A stretch of 64,000 bases of DNA, taken from assembly GCA_051861265.1 (NCBI GenBank), contig JBHYDA010000013.1, positions 54,208 through 118,207 on the forward strand, in the 5' to 3' direction. This DNA comes from Rubrivivax sp. (GTDB lineage Bacteria > Pseudomonadota > Gammaproteobacteria > Burkholderiales > Burkholderiaceae_C). The notes beneath the pieces are model-generated. The model searched no databases. It was not told the origin of the DNA and worked only from the letters and a program-made list of their open reading frames with translations. Shown piece after piece: positions 25,821 to 36,594 of the stretch (positions within the stretch are counted from its first letter, which is position 1; every line of letters begins with the position of its first letter). The position numbers were made by a program, and so were the translations under genes.

Positions 25821-28670
25821 ATGAGCAACACCCCTGACACCCGCAGCACGCTGAACCTGCCCGACACGCCCTTCCCGATGCGCGGCGACCTGCCCAAGCG
25901 CGAGCCGGCGTGGGTGCAGGCCTGGAACGACACCACGCAAGACGGCGGCCTCTACCAGCGCCTGCGCGTGGCCCGCCACGGCGCGCCGCTCTTCGTGCTG
26001 CACGACGGCCCGCCCTACGCCAACGGCAAGCTGCACATCGGCCACGCGCTGAACAAGGTGCTCAAGGACATGATCGTCAAGAGCAAGCAGCTGGCCGGCT
26101 TTGACGCGCGTTACGTGCCGGGCTGGGACTGCCACGGCCTGCCCATCGAGAACCAGATCGAGAAGACCCACGGCCGCGGCCTGCCGCGCGACAAGGTGCA
26201 GGCGCTCAGCCGCGCCTACGCCGCCGAGCAGATCGAGCAGCAGAAGGCCGATTTCCAGCGCCTGGGCGTGCTGGGCGACTGGGCCCACCCCTACCGCACC
26301 ATGGACCCGGCCAACGAGGCCGGCGAGATGCGCGTGCTCAAGCGCCTGATGGAGCGCGGCTACGTCTACCGCGGCAGCAAGCCGGTGTACTGGTGCTTCG
26401 ATTGCGGCAGTTCGCTGGCCGAGTTCGAGATCGAGTACGCCGACAAGAAGAGCCCCACCGTCGACGTCGCCTTCCTGAGTGCCGAGCCCGACAAGCTGGC
26501 CGCGGCTTTCGGCCTGCCCGCGCAGCAGAAAGACGCCTACGCCGTCATCTGGACGACCACGCCCTGGACGCTGCCCGCCAACCAGGCGCTGAACCTCAAC
26601 CCGGCCCTGGTCTACGCGCTGGTGGACACACCGCGTGGCCTGCTCGTGCTGGCCGAAGCGCTGGTGGAGAAGTGCCTGGCGCGCTACGGCCTCACGGGCA
26701 CGGTAGTGGCCACGGCCTTGGGTGAGAAGCTCGGCGGCCTGAACTTCCGCCACCCGCTGGCACACGTGCACCCGGGCTACGACCGGCTCTCGCCCGTGTA
26801 CCTGGCCGACTACGCCACGGCCGACGACGGCACCGGCCTCGTGCACAGCTCGCCGGCCTACGGCCTGGACGACTTCCAGTCCTGCCTGGCGCACGGCATG
26901 AAGGCCGACGACATCCTGAACCCGGTGCAGGGCTCGGGCGTGTACGAGGCCGAGCTGCCGCTGTTCGGCGGGCAGCACATCTGGAAGGCCAACCCGGTGA
27001 TCGTGCAGGCGCTGCAAGACGCCGGCCGCCTGCTGGCCCAGGCCGAGATGCTGCACAGCTACCCGCACTGCTGGCGCCACAAGACGCCGGTGATCTACCG
27101 CGCCGCGGCGCAGTGGTTCGTGCGCATGGACGAAGGCGTTGGCGTCTGCACCGTCGACAAGGCCCCGGGCACGCTGCGCCAGACGGCGCTGGCCGCCATC
27201 GATGCGACGAACTTCTACCCCGAGAACGGCCGCGCCCGCCTGCGCGACATGATCGCCAACCGCCCCGACTGGTGCATCAGCCGCCAGCGCAGCTGGGGTG
27301 TGCCCCTGCCCTTCTTCCTGCACAAGGTGACGGGCGAGCTGCACCCCGACACCCTGGCGCTGATGGACCGCGCTGCGGCCTTGGTGGAAAAGGGCGGCAT
27401 CGAGGCCTGGAGCCAGCTCGACCCGGCCGCGTGGCTGGGCGCCGAAGCAGAAAGCTACGCCAAGAGCCACGACATCCTCGACGTCTGGTTCGACAGCGGC
27501 AGCACCTTCAGCCATGTGCTGCGCGGCTCGCACCCGGGCGGCGCGCACGCGCAGGGCCCCGAGGCCGACCTCTACCTGGAAGGCCACGACCAGCACCGCG
27601 GCTGGTTCCACAGCTCGCTGCTGATCGGCTGCGCGCTGGAGGGCCGCGCGCCCTACCGCGGCCTGCTCACGCACGGCTTCGCCACCGACGGCGCGGGCCG
27701 CAAGATGAGCAAGTCGCTCGGTAACGTGGTCGAGCCGCAGACGCTGACGAACAAGCTCGGTGCCGAGATCGTGCGCCTGTGGTGCGCCGCCACCGACTAC
27801 AGCGGCGACCTCAACATCGACGACAACATCCTGGCCCGCGTGGTGGACGCCTACCGGCGCATCCGCAACACGCTGCGCTTCCTGATGGCCAACACCAGCG
27901 ATTTCAACGCGGTGCAGCACGCGCTGCCGGTGGAGGAACTGCTGGAGGTCGACCGCTACGCGCTGGCGCGCACCGCGCAGCTGCAGGCCGAGATCCTGGC
28001 GCACTTCGAGGCCTACGAGTTCCACCCCGTGGTGGCCAAGCTGCAGGTCTTCTGCAGCGAAGACCTGGGCGCCTTCTACCTCGATACGCTGAAGGACCGC
28101 CTCTACACCACGGCCCCGGGCAGCCACGCCCGCCGCAGCGCGCAGACGGCGCTGTGGCACATCACGCACAGCATGCTGCGCTGGATGGCGCCCTTCCTCA
28201 GCTTCACCGCCGAAGAGGCCTGGAAGCTCTTCGACGGCGGCCACGCCGAGACGGACAGCATCTTCACGCAGACCTACTGGCAGCTGCCGGCACCCGATGC
28301 CGCGCTGCTGGCCAAGTGGGGCCGTATCCGCGAGCTGCGCGACGTGGTCAACAAGGAGATCGAGGCCCTGCGCAGCGCCGGCGGCGTGGGTTCGTCGCTG
28401 CAGGCCGAGGTGCAGATCACGGCCCAGGCCGCCGACCATGCACTGCTGGCCAGCCTGGGCGAAGACCTGAAGTTCGTCTTCATCACCTCGGCCGCGCGCC
28501 TGGTGGCGGGCGAGGCGCTGGCGGTGCAGGTAGCCGCCAGCACGCACACCAAGTGCGAGCGCTGCTGGCACTGGCGCGAAGACGTCGGCCACGACACTGC
28601 CCACCCCACGCTGTGCGGCCGCTGCACCAGCAACCTCTACGGCGCGGGCGAAACCCGCACCGTGGCTTGA
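25821..28670 (+). CDS. ileS: Isoleucyl-tRNA synthetase (type 1)
   Basis: [27 protein letters not shown]-terminal CERCWH...CGRC zinc site. Confidence 0.98.
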   Translation: MSNTPDTRSTLNLPDTPFPMRGDLPKREPAWVQAWNDTTQDGGLYQRLRVARHGAPLFVLHDGPPYANGKLHIGHALNKVLKDMIVKSKQLAGFDARYVPGWDCHGLPIENQIEKTHGRGLPRDKVQALSRAYAAEQIEQQKADFQRLGVLGDWAHPYRTMDPANEAGEMRVLKRLMERGYVYRGSKPVYWCFDCGSSLAEFEIEYADKKSPTVDVAFLSAEPDKLAAAFGLPAQQKDAYAVIWTTTPWTLPANQALNLNPALVYALVDTPRGLLVLAEALVEKCLARYGLTGTVVATALGEKLGGLNFRHPLAHVHPGYDRLSPVYLADYATADDGTGLVHSSPAYGLDDFQSCLAHGMKADDILNPVQGSGVYEAELPLFGGQHIWKANPVIVQALQDAGRLLAQAEMLHSYPHCWRHKTPVIYRAAAQWFVRMDEGVGVCTVDKAPGTLRQTALAAIDATNFYPENGRARLRDMIANRPDWCISRQRSWGVPLPFFLHKVTGELHPDTLALMDRAAALVEKGGIEAWSQLDPAAWLGAEAESYAKSHDILDVWFDSGSTFSHVLRGSHPGGAHAQGPEADLYLEGHDQHRGWFHSSLLIGCALEGRAPYRGLLTHGFATDGAGRKMSKSLGNVVEPQTLTNKLGAEIVRLWCAATDYSGDLNIDDNILARVVDAYRRIRNTLRFLMANTSDFNAVQHALPVEELLEVDRYALARTAQLQAEILAHFEAYEFHPVVAKLQVFCSEDLGAFYLDTLKDRLYTTAPGSHARRSAQTALWHITHSMLRWMAPFLSFTAEEAWKLFDGGHAETDSIFTQTYWQLPAPDAALLAKWGRIRELRDVVNKEIEALRSAGGVGSSLQAEVQITAQAADHALLASLGEDLKFVFITSAARLVAGEALAVQVAASTHTKCERCWHWREDVGHDTAHPTLCGRCTSNLYGAGETRTVA

Positions 28671-28672
28671 GC

Positions 28673-29191
28673 GTGGCGGCGCGAGGCGCTTCGGGCAGCC
28701 CCAGCCTCTGGCTGTGGCTGGGCCTGGCGGCCATCGTCATCCTGGCCGACCAGGTGACCAAGACGCTCATCGTCGGCTGGTTCCAGCTCGGCGACGTTCG
28801 CCCGGTCACCGGCTACTTCAACATCGTGCGGGCCCACAACCCGGGCGCGGCCTTCAGCTTCCTGGCCGACGCCTCGGGCTGGCAGCGCTGGTTCTTCACC
28901 GGGCTGGGCCTCGTCGTCTCGTGTTTCATCGTCTGGATGATCCGCAACCACCCGACGCAGAAACTCTTCTGCTTCGCGGTCAGCATGATCATGGGCGGCG
29001 CCCTGGGCAACGTGGTCGACCGGCTGATCCACGGCTACGTGGTCGACTTCCTGCAGTTCCGTTTCAGCGTGCTCGAGCCGCTGTTCCGCGGCGGCTACTT
29101 CCCCAGCTTCAACATCGCCGACAGCGCCATCACGCTGGGCGCGGTGTGCCTGATCCTGGACGAGATCCTGCGCGTCAAGCGCGGGCGCTGA
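28673..29191 (+). CDS. lspA: Lipoprotein signal peptidase II
   Basis: [30 protein letters not shown]; canonical position after ileS. Confidence 0.95.
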   Translation: MAARGASGSPSLWLWLGLAAIVILADQVTKTLIVGWFQLGDVRPVTGYFNIVRAHNPGAAFSFLADASGWQRWFFTGLGLVVSCFIVWMIRNHPTQKLFCFAVSMIMGGALGNVVDRLIHGYVVDFLQFRFSVLEPLFRGGYFPSFNIADSAITLGAVCLILDEILRVKRGR

Positions 29192-29257
29192 GCGGCACAC
29201 GAACCCTCAGGCTGGCCCCGATTGCCAGCGTGCAGTTCGCGGCGCCCAATGCGCGGC

Positions 29258-30034
29258 ATGGACACGCCGGCCCCGCCCTCCACCGAGCCCAGCAGCCCCG
29301 CCGCGCTGCGCCTGAACGCGCTGCACTTCGGCGATCCGCTGCGCTGGCTGGCCCTGGGCTGGAGCGACTTCACGCGTGCGCCGGTCATCGGCCTCTTCTA
29401 CGGCGCCTGTTTCATGGTGATGGGCTGGGCGCTGCTGAAGGTCTACGAAAGCGCCCCGGCCTACACGCTGGCTTTGTCGGCCGGCTTCCTGTTGATGGGG
29501 CCCTTCCTGTGCCTGGGCCTGTACCGCGTGAGCCAGCGCCTGGAAGCCGGCCAGAAGCCTGATTTCGGCGATTCGCTGCTGGCCTGGGACACGCGCACCG
29601 GGCAGTTGGCCATCTTCGGCTTCGTGCTGCTGGTGCTGGAGATGCTGTGGGGCCGCGCCACGCTGGTGGTGTTCGCCGTCAGCTTCGACGGCATGCCCGA
29701 TTTCAAGGGCTCGCTGCGCGCGCTGCTCGACCCCGAGAACCTGCACTTCATCATCGCCTGGGCGGCGGTGGGTGCGGTGTTCGCGTCGCTGATCTACGCC
29801 ATCAGCGTGATCAGCATGCCGATGATCCTGCACCGCCAGACCGACGCCATCACCGCCGGCCTCACCAGCCTGCGCCTGGTGCTCACGCAGACCGGCGTGA
29901 TGCTGTGGTGGGCGGCGCTGCTGGCAGGGCTGGTGTTCGCGGCGCTGCTGCCCTGGTTTGCCGGGCTGCTGGTGGTGGGGCCGGTGCTGGGGCATGCCAG
30001 CTGGCATGCCTATCGCGCGGCGGTGGCGGACTGA
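29258..30034 (+). CDS. DUF2189-family integral membrane protein
   Basis: PLRWLALGWSDF, GPFLCLGLYRVS, PVLGHASWHAYR. Confidence 0.8.
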   Translation: MDTPAPPSTEPSSPAALRLNALHFGDPLRWLALGWSDFTRAPVIGLFYGACFMVMGWALLKVYESAPAYTLALSAGFLLMGPFLCLGLYRVSQRLEAGQKPDFGDSLLAWDTRTGQLAIFGFVLLVLEMLWGRATLVVFAVSFDGMPDFKGSLRALLDPENLHFIIAWAAVGAVFASLIYAISVISMPMILHRQTDAITAGLTSLRLVLTQTGVMLWWAALLAGLVFAALLPWFAGLLVVGPVLGHASWHAYRAAVAD

Positions 30035-30041
30035 AGCGCCT

Positions 30042-30629
30042 TCAGCGTCTGTCGCCCATCGCGTGGGCGATGGTCGACAGATCGACGTATTCCAACTCGC
30101 TGCCCGCCGGCACGCCGCGCGCCAGACGGGTGACGCGCAGGCCGCGCGCCTTCAGCGCTTGTGAAAGCGCGTGCGCCGTCACCTCGCCCTCGGCCGTGAA
30201 GCCGGTGGCAAGGATCACTTCTTCCACCACGCCGTCGCTCGCGCGTTCCAGCAGCTGTGCGGCGCCGATGTCGCCCACGCCCACGCCGTCCAGCGGGCTG
30301 ATGCGGCCCATCAGCACGAAGTACAGGCCCTTGTAGCTGCCGCTGCGCTCCAGCGCCGCCTGGTCGGCGGGCGTTTCCACCACGCAGAGTTGGCGCCCAT
30401 CGCGCCGCGGGTCTTCGCAGGTGCTGCAGACCGCCGTCTCGGTGAAGGTGTGGCAGCGCTCGCAGGGGCGCATGCGCTGCACAGCGTCGGTCAGCGCCGT
30501 GGACAGGCGGCGTGCGCCGTCGCGGTCGTGCTGCAGCAGGTGGAAGGCCATGCGCTGCGCCGATTTCACGCCCACGCCGGGCAGCCGGCGCAGCGCGTCG
30601 ATCAGCGCTTCCAGCGCGCGTTCGGCCAT
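30042..30629 (-). CDS. recR: Recombination protein RecR
   Basis: [12 protein letters not shown]4 zinc finger, Toprim [19 protein letters not shown]. Confidence 0.97.
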   Translation of the reverse strand: MAERALEALIDALRRLPGVGVKSAQRMAFHLLQHDRDGARRLSTALTDAVQRMRPCERCHTFTETAVCSTCEDPRRDGRQLCVVETPADQAALERSGSYKGLYFVLMGRISPLDGVGVGDIGAAQLLERASDGVVEEVILATGFTAEGEVTAHALSQALKARGLRVTRLARGVPAGSELEYVDLSTIAHAMGDRR

Positions 30630-30633
30630 CGCC

Positions 30634-30960
30634 TCAGAACGGGAACTTCATGCCCGGCGGCAGCGGCATGCCGGCAGTGAGCTTGCCCATCTTCTCGGCG
30701 CTCACCTCTTCGGCGCGGCGCACGGCGGCGTTGAAGGCGGCGGCCACCAGGTCCTCGAGCATGTCCTTGTCATCGGCGAGCAGGCTGGGGTCGATGGTCA
30801 CGCGCTTGACGTCGTGCTTGCAGGTCATGGTCACCTTCACGAGGCCGGCGCCGCTCTGGCCCTCCACCTCGATCAGCGCCAGTTCGTCCTGCGCCTTCTT
30901 CATGTTGTCCTGCATCGCCTGGGCCTGTTTCATCAGCCCGGCGAGTTGGCCCTTCATCAT
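30634..30960 (-). CDS. ybaB: YbaB/EbfC nucleoid-associated protein
   Basis: [30 protein letters not shown]; lies between dnaX and recR. Confidence 0.95.
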   Translation of the reverse strand: MMKGQLAGLMKQAQAMQDNMKKAQDELALIEVEGQSGAGLVKVTMTCKHDVKRVTIDPSLLADDKDMLEDLVAAAFNAAVRRAEEVSAEKMGKLTAGMPLPPGMKFPF

Positions 30961-30979
30961 GGTGTGTTCCTTCGGTGCA

Positions 30980-32794
30980 TCACAGAGGTTTGATCGAGCC
31001 CGGCACGATGCGCGCCGTCTTGAACTGCGCCAGCAGCTCGCGCACGGTGGCGTCGCCTTGGATCGCGGCTTCGGCCGCGGCCTGGCGGCGCTGGCGTTCG
31101 GCGGCGTCGCGCCGGGCGGGGGTGTCGTCAGGTGTGCCGGGCAACAGCTCCAGCACCACCGGGTGGCCCAGGACGCCGGCCAGCGCGGCGGCCACCTTGT
31201 CGCGCAGGTTGGGGTTGCGCAGCGTCTCGCGCTCCACACGCAGGTGCCAGCACGGCGGCTGGGTGCTGGTGTCGATGGCCTCCAGCCCGCCCTGCAGGGC
31301 CAGCTCGCGCGCCAGCGCGCTGAGCGTGCCGTCGTCGCAGAGCGGCTTGACCAGGGCGTACCAGCGGTCGCCCAGGGCGCGGTCGGCCACGGCCTGCGTT
31401 TCGGCCTGCTGCAACGGCACCGGCGCCTGCGCCCGCGCTGGGACGGACGCGAGCACGGGCGCCGGTGCTGCCGCAGCAGGCGGCTCCGCGGCGTGTGGCG
31501 CGGCGGCCTGCGGGGCTTCATCCCAAGGTGCGGGGCCGCTCACCACGGGAGCCGAAGCTACCGAAGGCGCCACCGGGGCCGCGGCCTTCGGCGGCACCGG
31601 CAAGGGCACCGCCACCGCCGGCGGTGCCGGTGCACGCAAAGGCGCGGCTCGCACGGGCTCGCGCGGTGCGGCAGGCGGCGGGCGCGTGCCGGCCCCCAAG
31701 GCCGGGAAGGCGAGAAAACGCAGCAGCACCATGGTGAGCGCACCGTACTCGTCGCTCATCAGGCCCAGCTCCTCACGCCCGTGCAGCACGATGCTGTAGA
31801 GCAGCTGGGTCTCGTCGTGCTGCAGGGCCGGGGCCAGCGTGCGCGCGTCTTCGGTGTCGGGGTCTTGTTCGTCCAGCGCGCCGGGCACGGCCTGCTGCAC
31901 GGCGATCTGCTGCAGCAGCGTGGCCATCTCCTCCAGCGTGCCGGCGGCGCTCAGGCCGCGGCCGCGCAGGGCCTCCACGGCCGCGAGCACGGCGGCACCG
32001 TCGCGCGCGGCCAGGGCCTGCACCAGGGTGCGGGCGTGGCTGCGGTCGACACTGCCGAGCATGGTGCGCACCACGTCTTCCTGCAGCCGGCCGCCGCCGT
32101 AGGCGATGGCCTGGTCGGTGAGCGAGAGGCCGTCGCGCATGCTGCCGCGGGCGGCGCGGCCCAGCAGGCGCAGCGCACCGGCGTCGGCAGGCACGCTCTC
32201 GGCTTCCAGCACGCGCTGCAGGTGTTCACGCACCGTCTGCGGTGCCATCGGGCGCAGGTTGAACTGCAGGCAGCGGCTCAGCACCGTGGGCAGCACCTTC
32301 TCGGGGTCGGTGGTGGCCAGCACGAACTTCAGGTACTCGGGCGGCTCTTCCAGCGTCTTGAGCAGCGCGTTGAAGGCGTCCTTGCTGAGCTGGTGGGCCT
32401 CGTCGATCATGAAGACCTTGAAGCGGCCGATGCCGGGCTTGTAGGCCGCGCGTTCGATGAGGTCCTTGATCTCGTCCTTGCCGCCGTTGCTGGCGGCGTC
32501 CATCTCGATGTAGTCGAGGTAGCGGTCGGCGTCGATCTCGGTGCAGGCCTGGCAAACGCCGCAAGGTTCGGCAGTGATGCCGCCGGTGCCGTCGGGGCCG
32601 GTGCAGTTCAGGCTCTTGGCGAGGATGCGGCTCACCGTCGTCTTGCCGATGCCCCGCGTGCCGGTGAAGAGATAGGCGTGGTGCAGCCGGCCCTGCGTGA
32701 GCGCGTTGGTGAGGGCCTGCACGACGTGCTCCTGGCCCACCATCTGCGCGAAGCTGCGCGGGCGGTATTTGCGGGCGAGAACGACATAGGACAT
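30980..32794 (-). CDS. dnaX: DNA polymerase III subunit gamma/tau
   Basis: [17 protein letters not shown]4 zinc site, KTLEEPP, SRC, GSMRD; start taken at MSYVVLARK. Confidence 0.97.
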   Translation of the reverse strand: MSYVVLARKYRPRSFAQMVGQEHVVQALTNALTQGRLHHAYLFTGTRGIGKTTVSRILAKSLNCTGPDGTGGITAEPCGVCQACTEIDADRYLDYIEMDAASNGGKDEIKDLIERAAYKPGIGRFKVFMIDEAHQLSKDAFNALLKTLEEPPEYLKFVLATTDPEKVLPTVLSRCLQFNLRPMAPQTVREHLQRVLEAESVPADAGALRLLGRAARGSMRDGLSLTDQAIAYGGGRLQEDVVRTMLGSVDRSHARTLVQALAARDGAAVLAAVEALRGRGLSAAGTLEEMATLLQQIAVQQAVPGALDEQDPDTEDARTLAPALQHDETQLLYSIVLHGREELGLMSDEYGALTMVLLRFLAFPALGAGTRPPPAAPREPVRAAPLRAPAPPAVAVPLPVPPKAAAPVAPSVASAPVVSGPAPWDEAPQAAAPHAAEPPAAAAPAPVLASVPARAQAPVPLQQAETQAVADRALGDRWYALVKPLCDDGTLSALARELALQGGLEAIDTSTQPPCWHLRVERETLRNPNLRDKVAAALAGVLGHPVVLELLPGTPDDTPARRDAAERQRRQAAAEAAIQGDATVRELLAQFKTARIVPGSIKPL

Positions 32795-32868
32795 CGGCTT
32801 CATTCTACGGGGGGGCCATGGGCACGCCGGTGCGGGCCGGGGGCGGGGCGCAGGGATAATCGCGGCCG

Positions 32869-34017
32869 ATGAGCACGACCGCCCCCACCCCGCCCGCACC
32901 GCTGTCAACGCCATTGACGGCACCGATGACCTACGACCAGGCGGGTGTCCAGTACGACCTGATCGACCCGCTGAAGGTGGCCGCACAGCGCGCCGCCGCG
33001 GCCACCGCCAGCCATCTGTCCGGGCACGGTTTCGGCGAGGTGACGGCCTCGCGCGGCGAGTCGGCCTACGTCGTCGATGTCGGGCCGTTCTACCTCGCCA
33101 GCATCGTCGAATGCCTGGGCACGAAGACCTTGGTGGCCGACGAGATGCAGAAGCTCACCGGCAAGAGCTACTTCGCCGGCATTGCGCAAGACACCATCGC
33201 GATGGCCGTGAACGACCTCATCACCGTGGGCGCCACGCCGCTGGTGGTGCAGGCCTACTGGGCGGCCGGCGGTAGCGAATGGTTCACCGACGCGCAGCGC
33301 GCCGGTGCGCTGGTGGAAGGCTGGAAGGCCGCCTGCGACGTCTGCCAGGTGGCCTGGGGCGGCGGCGAGACGCCGGCGCTGGCCGGCATCGTCGAGGCCG
33401 GGCGCATCGACCTGGCCGCGTCCTGCACAGGCTTGGTCAACCCCAAGCCGCGGCTGACGCTGGGCGAAAAACTCGGGGCCGGCGATGCCATCGTGCTGCT
33501 GGCCAGCAGCGGCATCCACGCCAACGGCCTGAGCCTGGCGCGCAAGCTGGCCGAGCGCGTGCCGCAGGGCTACCTGACCGAGATCGAACCCGGCCTGGGC
33601 TACGGCGAGGCGCTGCTGGCGCCGACCACGCTCTACTCGCCGGTGACCGAGGCCCTCTGGGCTGCCGGCGTGCCGGTGCACTACGCCGCCAACATCACCG
33701 GCCACGGCTGGCGCAAGCTGCTTCGCCATGCCAAGGCGCTGACCTACCGCATCCACACCGTGCCGCCGGTGCCGCCGGTGCTGCGTTTCATCGCCGAGCA
33801 GGCCGGGCACGATGCCGAAGAGGCCTACGGCACGCTCAACATGGGTGCGGGCTTTGCGCTCTTCGTGCCCGCCAGCGAGGCGCAGCGCTGCGTGGACGTG
33901 GCGCGCAGCGCCGGCGTGGCGGCCTGGGTGGCGGGCACGGTGGAAGCCGGCCCGAAGGAACTGCTGATCGAGCCGTTGGGCGTGCGCTTCAGCGGCGACT
34001 CGCTGCAACTGCGCTGA
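32869..34017 (+). CDS. purM: Divergent AIR synthase (phosphoribosylformylglycinamidine cyclo-ligase)-like protein
   Basis: YDQAGV, LGTK, AMAVND, GGETP, SSGIHANG, ITGHG, TLNMGAG. Confidence 0.75.
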   Translation: MSTTAPTPPAPLSTPLTAPMTYDQAGVQYDLIDPLKVAAQRAAAATASHLSGHGFGEVTASRGESAYVVDVGPFYLASIVECLGTKTLVADEMQKLTGKSYFAGIAQDTIAMAVNDLITVGATPLVVQAYWAAGGSEWFTDAQRAGALVEGWKAACDVCQVAWGGGETPALAGIVEAGRIDLAASCTGLVNPKPRLTLGEKLGAGDAIVLLASSGIHANGLSLARKLAERVPQGYLTEIEPGLGYGEALLAPTTLYSPVTEALWAAGVPVHYAANITGHGWRKLLRHAKALTYRIHTVPPVPPVLRFIAEQAGHDAEEAYGTLNMGAGFALFVPASEAQRCVDVARSAGVAAWVAGTVEAGPKELLIEPLGVRFSGDSLQLR

Positions 34018-34042
34018 GCAAGGCGGGCCTGCACGGCTCGCC

Positions 34043-34048
34043 TACAAT
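34043..34048 (+). promoter_or_regulatory. -10 box (TACAAT) of ffs
   Basis: 7 nt upstream of the predicted 5' end of the SRP RNA. Confidence 0.7.
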
Positions 34049-34055
34049 GCACCCC

Positions 34056-34149
34056 GCCGGGCCTCCCCGCATGGAAGCGCGCCCAACCGGGTCAGGTGGG
34101 GAACCAAGCAGCCCTTAGCGTTGCAACCAGTGCCGGGGTCAGGCTCGGC
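34056..34149 (+). ncRNA. ffs: Signal recognition particle 4.5S RNA
   Basis: Domain IV TCAGG-TGG-GGAA-CCA-AGCAGC with a GGAA tetraloop; 5' GCCGGGCCT pairs with 3' AGGCTCGGC; near dnaX. Confidence 0.93.
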
Positions 34150-34197
34150 ACCCTTCCCCGACGGTCCACCACCGCACCGGCATTGGCCGTCAGCCTT

Positions 34198-36594
34198 TCA
34201 GGCTTGGCCCTTTGCGAAGGCCGCCGTGGCTTGGTCGCGCAAGGCGCGCAGCAGGCTGAGTTCAGCCTCCCCCACGACGATGCTGCCGGCTTCGGCCTTG
34301 TCGGCGTAGATCAGCCCGATGGGCTGGCCCTTCAGCATCAGCGGCAAGAGCAGGAAGGTCGGCGCGTTCACCTTCTGCCGGTACCAGGCCGGCAAGCGGT
34401 TGGCCACGGTCTTGGCATCGCTCACCAGCAGGTCGGCGCCCTTGGCGCAGAGCACGCCGAAGAGATCGGTGGCGGCGCTGGCGTCGGGCTGTATGCGGAA
34501 GGCCGCACTCAGTTCGCTGCCGCCCGGCCCGAGCGCGATGCGGCCCACCAGCCGCGGTTGCCCCACTTCGCGCAGGCACAGCACCACGTGCCGGAAGCCC
34601 ATGGCCTTGTGCATGGCGTTCAGCACCATCGGCAGCACCTCGCCCAGGCGCATGGACTTGCTGGACAGCACCGCACGCAGGTCTTCGAGCGACTTCGCCA
34701 TCAGGCTTTGCGCACCCTCTGAGGGCAGCACCAGGGTGGGCGCCTCGTCGCCGCGCAAGGGCATGGCTTCGCTGACCTGCGTGTCTTCCAGCAGGCGGCG
34801 CGCCGGGGCGCCAGGCGCCACGTTCACGCCCATGGCCGTGGCCAGTGCATTCAGGTGCACGCGCGTGGCGTAGGCGGCGTTGACCATGTCGCGCGGGCTC
34901 AGACCCAAGGCCGGGCCGTAGAGCTCGGCCGCCTTCAGCAAGGCACCGGCCTGCACATCGCCGTCACTGCCCAGCATGGCATCGGACATCGCGTTGGCTG
35001 CGCGGGCCAGCCAGCGCAGCCGTTCGGCGCCGCGCGCCAGCGCCTTGGAGGGCGACGGGCCGGCAGGCGAACGCATCGCGGTCTGCAGGCCTTCAGGCAG
35101 GCCCCAGGCCTGCGCGACGCCGGCGCCCAGTTCATCCAGGCTCAAGCCCAGGATCCGCTTCGCCGCCGCTTCGCGCGCCACGTGCGACGCGGCCGAGGTG
35201 AGATCGCCGCGCAGCGCCTGGCGGATCTGGATGCCTTCCTCGGGCAGGTAGCACTCGGTCAGCAGGCGCCCCAGGTTCTGGAACATCGCGCCGATGAAGG
35301 CTTCTTCGCCCTCACGCACGGTGGTCGTCATCTCGTCGGCCAGCGTGCCGGCCATCAGGGCGCGCAGGAACTCTTCTTTCAGCAGCGCGGCGTGCGCCTT
35401 GTCCGTCATGTGCTCGAGCAGCACCACCGACAAGGCCATGTTGCGGATGCCCGCGAAACCCACCAGCGCCACCGCGCGCGACACCGTGGCGATGCCGCCG
35501 CCGGCCGCCGCTGTGAAGTGGGCCGTGTTGACCATGCGCAGCAGCTTGTTCGTCAGCGCCACGTCCTTGAGGATCTCGTCGCTGAGTGCCTTGAGGCTCT
35601 CGGTCTCCGATGTCGCCACCTTCTGGATGCGGACGATGCTGCTGCCCAACGCCGGGAAGTCGGTCTTGTGGCGCATGCGCCGCAGCAGGAATTCGAGCGT
35701 CGCGTGGCTGCTGCCGGCATCGGGCTCGGCCGCGCCTTGAGGCTGCAGCCAGGCTCGCAAGGCGGTCTGCATCGAGCGGGCGCTGTCGTAACGCGCCGCC
35801 ACGTCGCGCGTGATGGCGCGCTGCACGATGCCGCGCAGGGTCTCGTCGACCTTGGCGCTCTCCGGCAGCACGAGATCCTCGCGCTGCACGCGCTCGACCG
35901 CGCGGTACGGGTCGATCTCGCGCATCAGCGGCACGCCGGCCAGCAGTTCGCCCAGCATCACACCGGCCGCGAAGACGTCCATCGCCGGCACCGGCGCCTC
36001 GCCCCGTGCGGCCTCGGGCGAGATGTAGCCGGGCGTGCCCATGATGCGGCCGTCGTTGGCATCCAGCACCAGCGTCGCTCCGCGGCGTCCGCCAGCGCGC
36101 CGCGGTGGCGCCACGCGGCCGGCAATGCCGAAGTCCATCACCCGCGCCCGGCCGTCGCTGCCGAGCAGGATGTTCGAGGGCTTCAGGTCGCGGTGCACGA
36201 TGCCTTGTTCGTGCGCGGCGGCCAGCGCGTCCAGCACGCCGATCATCATTTCGACCGCCTGCTTGGCGGGCATCGGCGGTTGGCCGCGCCGCGCCTGCGC
36301 CAGCGTGGGGCCCTCGACGTACTCGAAGACGAGATAGGGCTGGCCCTCATACTCGTCGGCTTCGAACACCGGCACCACGTTCGGGTGGCTCAGGCGGCTG
36401 ACGGCACGGGCCTCGTGCAGCCACATATTCACGGCGTCGGCGTCGGCCTCGGCGTCCATGAGCTTGAGCGCCACTTCGCGGTCGAGCCGCGGGTCGTGGG
36501 CCAGCCACACGCGCGCCTGCGCGCCGCGGCCCAGTTCGCGCAGCAGTTCGAAACGTGCCAGGCTGCCGTAGCCGGCGCTGGTGGCTGCGCTCAC
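34198..36594 (-). CDS. Hanks-type Ser/Thr kinase + HDOD + C-terminal GAF-like domain
   Basis: LGRGAQ, VALK, HRDLKPSNIL, DFG, GTPGYISPE; HDOD signature KDVALTNKLLRMVN. Confidence 0.9.
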   Translation of the reverse strand: MSAATSAGYGSLARFELLRELGRGAQARVWLAHDPRLDREVALKLMDAEADADAVNMWLHEARAVSRLSHPNVVPVFEADEYEGQPYLVFEYVEGPTLAQARRGQPPMPAKQAVEMMIGVLDALAAAHEQGIVHRDLKPSNILLGSDGRARVMDFGIAGRVAPPRRAGGRRGATLVLDANDGRIMGTPGYISPEAARGEAPVPAMDVFAAGVMLGELLAGVPLMREIDPYRAVERVQREDLVLPESAKVDETLRGIVQRAITRDVAARYDSARSMQTALRAWLQPQGAAEPDAGSSHATLEFLLRRMRHKTDFPALGSSIVRIQKVATSETESLKALSDEILKDVALTNKLLRMVNTAHFTAAAGGGIATVSRAVALVGFAGIRNMALSVVLLEHMTDKAHAALLKEEFLRALMAGTLADEMTTTVREGEEAFIGAMFQNLGRLLTECYLPEEGIQIRQALRGDLTSAASHVAREAAAKRILGLSLDELGAGVAQAWGLPEGLQTAMRSPAGPSPSKALARGAERLRWLARAANAMSDAMLGSDGDVQAGALLKAAELYGPALGLSPRDMVNAAYATRVHLNALATAMGVNVAPGAPARRLLEDTQVSEAMPLRGDEAPTLVLPSEGAQSLMAKSLEDLRAVLSSKSMRLGEVLPMVLNAMHKAMGFRHVVLCLREVGQPRLVGRIALGPGGSELSAAFRIQPDASAATDLFGVLCAKGADLLVSDAKTVANRLPAWYRQKVNAPTFLLLPLMLKGQPIGLIYADKAEAGSIVVGEAELSLLRALRDQATAAFAKGQA

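Noticed and set aside
30980-32794. Programmed -1 frameshift or slippage producing a gamma subunit from dnaX
   Set aside because: No A-AAA-AAG or long A-run seen in the coding strand; the Pro/Ala-rich stretch is an ordinary linker.
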